From Octopus bimaculoides (taxonomy: Eukaryota), in contig NC_068991.1 of assembly GCF_001194135.2 (NCBI RefSeq), positions 36,074,258 to 36,133,425 of the forward strand: 59,168 nt of DNA. The letters run 5' to 3'. How positions within the stretch are numbered: the first letter of the stretch is position 1; every line of letters begins with the position of its first letter. Shown here one piece after another: positions 49,620 through 59,168 of the stretch. Position numbers and translations under genes: made by a program. Under the pieces are notes generated by a model. It saw only the letters and a program-made list of their open reading frames with translations, made no database searches and had not been told where the DNA came from.

Positions 49620-50398
49620 GAAAAGAACATAAAATAAGAATCGAGTCAAAGGTAGAGAGAATGAGAATGAGAATGAAAAGCAAATAGCATGAATATTGCT
49701 TATTTTAGTCTGTGCCAAATTGCAAATGTAGTACATATGTAGTGCACTTTTGCATGACCACAGACGTAGTCTTACACCATCCACCGACTATAAAAATATC
49801 TCAACTTCCACAGCTTACATGTAAAGGTCATTGTAAGAAACTTCCGCCATGTTTAGCTGTTTTTATTTCATATTTTTACTTCACTGTTTCTTTTGCTCCC
49901 TCTCCTTTTTCTTTGATGCACATTATGATACACACGCGCACGAGCGCGCGCACAGCCACACATATAACTATATATATGTGTGTGTGTATGTCTGTGTATA
50001 TATGTATACGTATATATACATATATATGTATATACACACACACACACACACGCACACACACGAATGCATACATGTATATGAATAAAAGCATGTAATATTG
50101 GTGAATATGCATATACGTTCTTCTGTATATACGTATATGTTATATATATACACACACACACACTCGCACACAAATCCACGCAGACATATATGATATAAAG
50201 AGCAAAAGCAGTTGAGAAAACTCCATTGCAGTAATAACTGCAGCTAATTTTAGTTTAGTCAATGCCAACTTGTAATAAGGTAATACACAATAGACCAAAA
50301 AGACTGAAAATAATCTGTTTTATACAGGCTGTGTTCATTTACCTTGTTGGCTACTTTCACTTTCTAAATATTGTTGTCTTTTTTTTTTCTTTTTACAG

Positions 50399-50455
50399 TT
50401 CATTATCACAGGCATATTAGGTGTGTGTTCCACACGAAGGAAATCCCCATACTTG
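50399..50455 (+). CDS. Internal coding exon of a probable multi-pass membrane protein (CD20/MS4A-like segment)
   Basis: Strong acceptor tcttttttttttctttttacag and donor TTG|gtaaga; 57 nt, open in phase 0: FIITGILGVCSTRRKSPYL (hydrophobic helix end plus basic loop). Family call is pattern recall; neighbouring exons not found. Confidence 0.65.
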
Positions 50456-50698
50456 GTAAGATTGAAAATTTATTCATATCCTTTCTCTCTCTCCCTTCCC
50501 TACCATGTGTATGTATGTATGTATGTGCGTGTGAGTGTGTGTATTCTGTTTGGTAACATGTATGTTCATGTGTAAACACGCACAGGCTTTGTATGTATGC
50601 ATGCCTACGTGTCACAGTGTGCACAGGTGCGAGTGTAAGCTAAAAGCGTATAAATTATTTTGTCCAGAAATTTACAAATGCCCTTATTATTATTAATG

Positions 50699-50751
<53 letters not shown>

Positions 50752-51281
50752 GTTGTTGTTGTTGTTGTTGTTGTTGTTATTGGTGTTGTTATTACTTCTA
50801 TTATAACATTTTAAACATATTTTTTCTATTAATTTTACTAATACTCCTATTCCAATAGATATATACTTAAACAGGTCATCTGCTATATATATANNNNNNN
50901 NNNNNNNNNNNNNNNNNNNNNNNNNNNNNNNNNNNNNNNNNNNNNNNNNNNNNNNNNNNNNNNNNNNNNNNNNNNNNNNNNNNNNNNNNNNNNNNNNNNN
51001 NNNNNNNNNNNNNNNNNNNNNNNNNNNNNNNNNNNNNNNNNNNNNNNNNNNNNNNNNNNNNNNNNNNNNNNNNNNNNNNNNNNNNNNNNNNNNNNNNNNN
51101 NNNNNNNNNNNNNNNNNNNNNNNNNNNNNNNNNNNNNNNNNNNNNNNNNNNNNNNNNNNNNNNNNNNNNNNNNNNNNNNNNNNNNNNNNNNNNNNNNNNN
51201 NNNNNNNNNNNNNNNNNNNNNNNNNNNNNNNNNNNNNNNNNNNNNNNNNNNNNNNNNNNNNNNNNNNNNNNNNNNNNNNNN

Positions 51282-51299
<18 letters not shown>

Positions 51300-51315
<16 letters not shown>

Positions 51316-51513
51316 TCCCCCTAGCATTGCTTCACAACCAATGCTGGTGTGTTTATGTCCCCGTCACTTAGCGGTTCGGCAAAAGAGACCGATAGAATAA
51401 GTACTAGGCTTACAAAGAATAAGTCCCGGGGTCGATTTGCTCGACTAAAGGTGGTGCTCCAGTATGGCCGCAGTCAAATGACTGAAACAAGTAAAAGAGT
51501 AAAAGAATAAAAG
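51300..51513 (+). mobile_element. SINE family A 3' half (young)
   Basis: tttgtccccctagcattgc...cacttagcggttcggcaaaagagaccgatagaataagtactagg...gtaaaagagtaaaag. Confidence 0.92.
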
Positions 51514-51580
51514 AATATATATATATAATTGAGATTCAGTTGAATTAGTTACTTAAGTTGAAGCACCAAGTCAGTTCGGT

Positions 51581-52200
51581 ATTATCGGAACAGCTGAAGG
51601 AAACGAATATTTAAAACTGATATTGCACCCTGCTATTTTTATACATCACTGCTTAGCGTTGTCACCCCATATTGTTCAATTATGTGGAGCCGCTTGAAAC
51701 GGTGGAACTGCATCACTACTTGATATCCTGTTACTTATTTTGATTATATATATATATAAATTACAGGATGGCAGTGTTAAGCAGCGATATATATATATAA
51801 ATACAGGCTTTTTACTAGTTCAAATATACTTGATGCATATTTGAACCTTTAGAAAGCTATTCCCTGTATTTTTTTTACGGAAACAATTTCTCGCCGTAAA
51901 CAAATCGGTGTAGATACACTGAGTCATTACATGGCACTCCATAACCAGACTGTTGTATGCATGCATTTCAGTGTGGTTATCACCCCTTCTGTTGCAGAGA
52001 CCAGAAAGACAGACACTGTGAACTAACACGTGACACAGGTTCGTCTTATGGTATTCCCGTCATCGTTCAATGACTGGTAGCGCTATTCAGCAGCTCACCA
52101 TAGATAAGATATGAGGTGACAACGCTAAGCAGTGATGTGTAAGAGTAACAGGGTGCAATATAAGTTTTAAATATTCATTTTCTTCGGGTGTTCCGATAAT
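51581..52200. mobile_element. MITE / non-autonomous DNA transposon with 92-bp TIRs
   Basis: 51581-51672 and 52109-52200 are reverse complements with about 10 mismatches; no clear TSD. Confidence 0.85.
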
Positions 52201-52544
52201 CTTTTTTACTTAACAACCATAGTTGTATAAATGCATAATTATAATTATATAGGATCTAAGAATAACATTATCAAAGATTGTTTGCAAAAATTTTTTAAAT
52301 GATAATCTGATTCTTAAGTCCTATTCCTTTATAATTATATAATTATGGCGTTATATATCAATTGTTGTTAAAATGTACTAATAATTGAAACAGCTATAGG
52401 AGATGAATATTTGATATTGTAGCCTGTCTTATTTCATCCATTATAGCTTGTTGCACAGTATGAGCAAGAACATGCATGGAAATGCATTTAACATGTGAAA
52501 TTTCGGAAGTCTGTTGTGACGTAATAAGCTGAACATTTATTGCT

Positions 52545-52770
52545 TTTTTAGGGCGGTGCATCGAGTTCTTGAGCAAAACACTTCATCTCTTGTTGCTCTG
52601 CCATCACTTCGACACTTGACACGTGGTACACCGTGCACCTTTCAGCCACTTTGATGAAGAGAATGAGCTAATGTGAAGCACGAGCATTTAATCACTATTA
52701 ACAAATCCTTTATGCAGGTCGTTCGGCAAAAGTTGAAGGCTCATAAGTCATCTTCGACGGGAGACTCCAT
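52545..52770 (+). mobile_element. SINE family F, 5'-truncated
   Basis: gttcttgagcaaaacacttcat central motif shared with family C-type SINEs; distinct 3' part ending gtcttcgacgggagactccat. Confidence 0.55.
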
Positions 52771-53394
52771 TATGTATATACATATATACATACGTACATA
52801 NNNNNNNNNNNNNNNNNNNNNNNNNNNNNNNNNNNNNNNNNNNNNNNNNNNNNNNNNNNNNNNNNNNNNNNNNNNNNNNNNNNNNNNNNNNNNNNNNNNN
52901 NNNNNNNNNNNNNNNNNNNNNNNNNNNNNNNNNNNNNNNNNNNNNNNNNNNNNNNNNNNNNNNNNNNNNNNNNNNNNNNNNNNNNNNNNNNNNNNNNNNN
53001 NNNNNNNNNNNNNNNNNNNNNNNNNNNNNNNNNNNNNNNNNNNNNNNNNNNNNNNNNNNNNNNNNNNNNNNNNNNNNNNNNNNNNNNNNNNNNNNNNNNN
53101 NNNNNNNNNNNNNNNNNNNNNNNNNNNNNNNNNNNNNNNNNNNNNNNNNNNNNNNNNNNNNNNNNNNNNNNNNNNNNNNNNNNNNNNNNNNNNNNNNNNN
53201 NNNNNNNNNNNNNNNNNNNNNNNNNNNNNNNNNNNNNNNNNNNNNNNNNNNNNNNNNNNNNNNNNNNNNNNNNNNNNNNNNNNNNNNNNNNNNNNNNNNN
53301 NNNNNNNNNNNNNNNNNNNNNNNNNNNNNNNNNNNNNNNNNNNNNNNNNNNNNNNNNNNNNNNNNNNNNNNNNNNNNNNNNNNNNNNNNNNNNN

Positions 53395-53437
<43 letters not shown>

Positions 53438-54169
53438 TATTGTCTGCTTGTAATTTGCAGATATATAATTCATCATATGCTTTATCAAGCCCCCTTACTT
53501 TCTCGTCCTCTCTTATTCTGCACCTCGCCTCTCTCTCTCTTGCGCTCTCTTCATTGATTTTGCTATTTTTCGTTTTCATCGTTTGTCGTTTTCATTAGCA
53601 GCTTTCCTTCTGTTTCTTTCTCCTGCCTATTTGCTAGTTTCTCCAACACTATTATTATCTTGTTAACTTTGGTTTTGTTTCACCTCAAATAAAGGGGCAT
53701 ACCCTAAACGTAGCTAGATATCAGTTCTAATCTGTTTTGTTCTCTATCGTCTTTTTTTATATTATTAATGTTATTAATTTGTACCGTGCAAGGGGTAGCG
53801 GTAGAAATGAGATGTTTTTAACTGTTGAAAATATATATTAGTAATAATCCTTATTAATTCTCCCTTGGCCACTTATGTTGCTTTTCTCGCACCCACCACC
53901 ATTTTTCACTTGGCTTCATCTTAAAGAATGTCTGTTTCAAATTAAGCACTTGTATTTTTACCTGAATTGTCGAAAGAAAAAAGAAGAAAAAAATTTGAAG
54001 CAAAATGAAAACTGGGCAGCTTTCTCATATTTTGGCAGTAATTAAATATTTATTTATAGAGCAATACTTTAAATTTGTTCCAAGTGAGTTTTTCTTGATA
54101 CAGGTTTCTTTAAAATGCTACACGAACTCATCTAACTAGTTTATTCAGAAAATATCTTTCTATTTATAC

Positions 54170-54213
<44 letters not shown>

Positions 54214-54269
54214 ACACACACACACACAAACACACAAGCACACACAAGCACACACAATCACTCACATAC

Positions 54270-54309
<40 letters not shown>

Positions 54310-56481
54310 ATATATATATCTTGCAGTAGAGATTCTTGTAAACACATGCACAAATGTATAAATGTGGCAGGGAGGGTTATAAACTATTGCCAAGAAAAAT
54401 TTTAAACTCTGGTTCAGTTTCTAGGGTCATTTACATAGTTAAAAACTGTAAAGAAATTTTGGCTTTATGCATATCTTTAGAAGACAATTGTATTGCGTTC
54501 GTTTGTAAAGTAACATAGCATATTATATCAGAAAATGGAAATAAAAGAAGAATCTGGTAAATTCATTTGCACTAAACAGATAAAAGATGATACATCAATC
54601 TGTCCTAAGTTACATTGTCAGAAGACCTGAAATGTTTTCTTCATAGTTGGGTGTACAACTTGTAAGATAAATCGAATGTACCCTAATCTGAGTTTCAGGA
54701 TAAGATAATATATCGTTTACTCCACACGACACTACCAAATGGATCCCACAAGTTAATAAATGTAAAATGAAGGTTTCTACCCAGATAATTTTCAAAACAC
54801 CACCAGAAAATTTGAACTTATGATCCATGTACAAATAATCTAATACTTTATCCATTATGCTATTTCACCTCAAGTGAACATCTTAAGTAATGCAGAATTA
54901 AATGTACAGAGAATAGATACATAGAACTATATTGCTAGAGGTAAAAATCTATGCTTCATCAGTTGGTCGTTCAATATCCGACCAACGAAGTAATTTCATC
55001 TCTATCAACTAATATTGATTACTAACAAAGCTCGAATCCAGGCTTTGTCACAATGTTATGCCAGGCAAGATATATTAGTTTACTTCACTAATGTATGAAA
55101 CTTTAATGTATTTCCAATTTTCACTTGAGTGACTATAAGGAGGACGGTTTCTAGTTACAAGTAACTTGCTTCAGCAGTTCCTGTAAATATGCAAAACCAG
55201 CCATCTGATTCTAATATGCAAAATCACATTCATGTAATATATTAGAAATATATTAGAGTTCTACTAATAAACCAGACATAATGCGCTCTCTGACATTACC
55301 CAGTCATAAGCACTAGGTTATTTAAATGAAACAAGGAATAGATATTCAAGGGCAAGTTATTAATGCATAGCTAAATGCTTCTATCTATTTCACAGTTTCT
55401 TCCATTTAATCATAAAAGATATAAAGCTGCTATTATTTTTAACACGTTCGTGTACCCTGAAACGTGGCAGGACATTCGCTGCGGTTAACTGTCTCGTCTC
55501 GGAAGAGGAATTCTTATAGACATTGTCTTTGAAAACACACCGAGTTGGACTACAAATGAGATCATCAGACTGCTGGGTACATGCTTTTGCGTCGTTACGC
55601 TTTACCAGTTACAGACAACAAATCTGCTTTTGAAAGCCAACTAAGAACTGCCGTTGCCATATGCAAACAGCAAAAGATAAATTTGCTGGCTTGTGCAAAG
55701 CTCTGTTAAGCTATGATTAATCAATACATTTAATACAACATATTATTTATAAAAGACAAAAGACAAACCATGGCATATTTCATAAACCAAATTTACATTA
55801 TAATGTTCAGCATCCTCAGTTAATTGATAACAGTTGATAAAATAATAATGTTATAAAGTACAAGATGAACCATGTAAAGAAGTGACGACACAAAGAAATC
55901 TAAACATCAGCGGCATAGTGAATCACAGCATTGGTTTTAATGTAATTTGAACTTATAAGAGTGGCCATTGACATAAGCGAGTGTAAAGCTTTTATGCGGA
56001 CTTGCGACTGGTTACAGCATTTAGACATCAAGCAATGAACTAATTACGCTTCAACGGAATACATTTCAGTTCATTTGTGTTAAGGGTTAGGGCAACGAAG
56101 CCTCTTTGTTGATGAGCTGTGATATTTACGAAAGGCAGTTTAATATATTTATATCAATGTGCCAAACAACAAATTCTGTATATGTATGTGTGTTAATACG
56201 TGCGTGTATGTGTGTGTGTGTATGTTTGTGCGTGTTTGTGTGTGTGGGGGGCGGGGGGCGTGCGCTTGTGTGTTTGTAGAAGAAATGAACACAAGAGTAG
56301 CTGAGCCGAGTGGTCAAGAAATTCGCTTCACAAATAAGAGGTATCAGATTCAGTCCTAATGTGTGGAAACATGGGTGTGTATCTTTTACCATAGTTTCAG
56401 AATTTAGAAAAAAGATGCACAGTTTATCAAAGAAAAGTTGTATTTGAGAAGAAATTGGTGCTAATAATCTTGAAATTCCTT

Positions 56482-57584
56482 TTATTCCACCGATCCAATG
56501 ACTCCACCATTACCATCAATTACTGCTTCAGGACAGGGTCGAAAGTGTTGGCATGCCCGAATCAGATGATCCTTATCAGTTTTGGACACAGAACTGGTTA
56601 TGGCGAACTTCAGAGATTATATGGTGTTATGGGTGTGTTGAATTATCTCTCACCTAGACCCCATAATTAATAGTCCAGTGGATTGAGATTCGGTGAGCTA
56701 AGTGGCCATGTCTCTATGAAAACATGATCATAGAGATTGGTACGCATCCACGCTGGGGTTGTTCTAGCCTTATGGAAAGGTGCAAAATCTTTTTGTAAGA
56801 CATATGACCGTCTGTTGCGTGCTTTGTTTATCGAGAGCTTCACAATGTAGACAGCGGCATTGACTCTTAAGCTCGGTGAAAAAAGTGAGGAAGCTTGACA
56901 TCTCCCTCATTGCTGACGACTCCAAGAACTATCAGAGTTGCTGGGAATTTATATGTATGACTGTTGGAACTTCATTCAGGTCTCTGCACAACCATCTGTC
57001 GTCCATTCAGTCTATCCTGATCAAAGTCTTTCTCATCGGAGAAAATCCAAAGCACTCCAACCTCTTGGTATTTTAACATCTTTAGCAAACGCTTTACCCG
57101 AATCGAACGATTCTCTCCTATCACATCAGACATAAACTGACCCCTCCGCATCACATATGACTTGTACCGGATGTCCTCATGTACAACTCTTCTGATGATG
57201 CATTCTGAAACCTTGAAGTATTTTGTAATGGTTTTGATTGACTTGCCAGATTTTGATCGATTATTGAGGTCCTTTGTAATGCCTCTGACTGACTTGCCGA
57301 GTTTTCATCTATCATTTCTTGGACTTATTTTACAAAATTATATCTTCTAATGGTGTTAGGACCCTGTTTAAGCGTTTTGTATTTGGCTGCTGATGTTATA
57401 TTCCTTTGTATTTGGCTGCTGATGTTATATTCCCGTCAACAGCTTCCAGCTCCTTTCGACTTTTGGCAACAAAGGGTCAGGAAACTTTCAGGAAGCGAGC
57501 TATCTCTGTATCCCTAAGCTGCACTTTTAAGGCAATGATTACAGCGTACCTTTTCAGTTGCTGAGAGAACCTGTTGTCTGACAT
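56482..57584 (-). mobile_element. Tc1/mariner-superfamily DD37D (maT-type) transposase relic
   Basis: MSDNRFSQQLKRYAVIIAL...; YVMRRGQFMS; LWIFSDEKDFDQD; KFPATLIVLGVVSNEG; QKDFAPFHKA...WPLSSPNLNPLDY. 37 residues between the 2nd and 3rd Asp after correcting one frameshift. Confidence 0.9.
57376..57433. repeat. Perfect 29-bp tandem duplication inside the maT ORF
   Basis: TTTGTATTTGGCTGCTGATGTTATATTCC x2. Confidence 0.95.
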
Positions 57585-57831
57585 TATATATCTGAAAAGT
57601 AAATTTTAAAAAATAAGTGAGAAGAAAGAAGTTTTCAATATAATATTGACGTCTACTTTTCCATAATTGCAAAGATTAAAAGAAATTTCTTGGCATAGAT
57701 TTTGCTGTTGCTAACTCGTACCTCTTTCGAAGCAATGTAATATTTCCCTTATAACGCAATAGTCAGATATATCGAAAGGAAAAGGAAATACACTGTCTCT
57801 GTCTCTCTCGCACGCACGCGCATGCACACGC

Positions 57832-57866
<35 letters not shown>

Positions 57867-58689
57867 NNNNNNNNNNAGTCGAGTAGTATATTACTGGTTC
57901 TGGTATGCAATTGGTCAGAATTTTACTGTCGGGTTTTCGCAGACTGTTGCACTTGGTAATATTCATTCTTCAGACATACTGACCTGAAGCATATTGCCTT
58001 TTTTATTTTAGCAGTATGTATAAATCCTAGATGACAATGTTGCTAATAGGAAGCGGAATGGAATATAGTGAAAAATTATTTTTTCCTGGAGGAGAAAGTA
58101 ATTTCTCATTGATTGTTACTAGCCATAGTTGAAGTGCGTGAATTGCGTACGTGTGTAAATGTATGTCCAAAACTGGGCACTTATCCTAGACTCTGATTAC
58201 TCCTAGTCCCAAAATGTGGCTTGTCAAAAGTTAGGTATGAACACGTTACCACAACGAATTCTCACTTATGAGGGCAGTACACCAAACATTTCGAGGAAAG
58301 CACCCGGGACAATTTTTAGAATGATTATGCTCTCTCTCAATTCGTTTTAGTTGAACTTGTATGGCGTTTTAGTACCATACATAACTGCTAAGATTGTAAC
58401 ATTATGCCTCTTTCGCATTCTGAAAGATAATCTGTGATAATTCAGGATAGCCTTAAAACATGTTTTGCGCAGACCCGAAACATTTCTGTATGAGTATCGT
58501 TCTGCTGTTGGACGATACCATCTCTGCTTCGCAGACCTCTCCTTCTGCGTTGAATTCGATATTTATGGGGAACTCACTATAATATTGTTATGTATATCTA
58601 TAATATAATTAAGGGAGAGAACTTACAATGTCTTCTGAGTGTGGCAAGATAAAAGTTTGTCAACGACCTTTTGGCAGAAGTGAAATGAC

Positions 58690-59148
58690 AGAGGTGTGTC
58701 TATATATATGTGTGTATATACAGGAAGTAAGCATGGGACGAGACAAGTAATCTCGTTTATTTCCTGTTGACGAGCAAGGCAGGTAATCTTGTTTACTTCC
58801 TGTTAAAAAGGGAAGTTGAGAATACAGGAGGACTTGGTGCGGATAGTGCAAAACAAGAGAGGAAGGTGAATACGGATCGGAACGTTCACCTTTAAACAAC
58901 TGAGGACTGTTCATGAAAATCTTTGAATATTAATTCCTTGTTTGAACAATTTCTGTTGTTGCGATACATATGAATTTGCTTCATCGTAACAATATCTATA
59001 TCTCCGGTATAAAAGAAGCTGTGTACTTCCGGCCAACCTGTCTGAAGATTCGTAAACATTGCCAAGTACAACTATCGACGCGAAACCGACGGTAACATTC
59101 TGACCAGTTATATGCTCTTATACAGAAATAATAATATAACTGCTTAAA
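58690..59148 (+). mobile_element. Probable Penelope-like terminal repeat ending at (TA)n
   Basis: TATAAAAG at 59008 followed by a hammerhead motif, an A-rich end and (TA)n; no ORF; 5' boundary uncertain. Confidence 0.45.
59039..59097 (+). ncRNA. Minimal type I hammerhead motif, probably mutated at the base of stem II
   Basis: TGT-CTGAAGA-T-TCGT..24 nt..ACGC-GAAA-CC/GAC/GG-TA^ACA. Confidence 0.55.
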
Positions 59149-59168
59149 TATATATATATATATATATA

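Noticed and set aside
53681-53714. Degenerate hammerhead-like words (ggggcataccctaaacgta)
   Set aside because: Both core segments are mutated.
55160-55260. Two AATATGCAAAA octamer-like words
   Set aside because: Imperfect match in AT-rich DNA, with no snRNA gene or promoter context.

Overview
AT-rich eukaryotic DNA, dense in microsatellites, with many N-gaps flanked by (TA)n/(CA)n. The repeat families and repeat density suggest an octopus (coleoid cephalopod) draft assembly; this is inference, not a database result. Most of the window is transposon relics: (i) four 5'-truncated non-LTR retrotransposons with a restriction-like endonuclease (RLE; R4/Dong-like), three joined to (TAA)n and one to (CATA)n; (ii) RTE LINE fragments, one with three C2H2-like fingers; (iii) a Penelope-like GIY-YIG fragment and several Penelope-like terminal repeats carrying minimal hammerhead ribozyme motifs and fold-back inversions; (iv) decayed mariner, Tc1, maT/DD37D and Tigger/pogo transposons and a MITE with 92-bp TIRs; (v) many tRNA-headed SINEs, often nested or stacked. 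The only host coding sequence I can support is one 57-nt plus-strand exon (50399-50455, FIITGILGVCSTRRKSPYL), which resembles a CD20/MS4A-type transmembrane segment, so much of the window may be intronic. There are no rRNA genes, true tRNA genes or CRISPR arrays. Nearly all listed ORFs are microsatellite or N-gap artefacts. Family labels A-H are my own working names, and boundaries of decayed elements are approximate.
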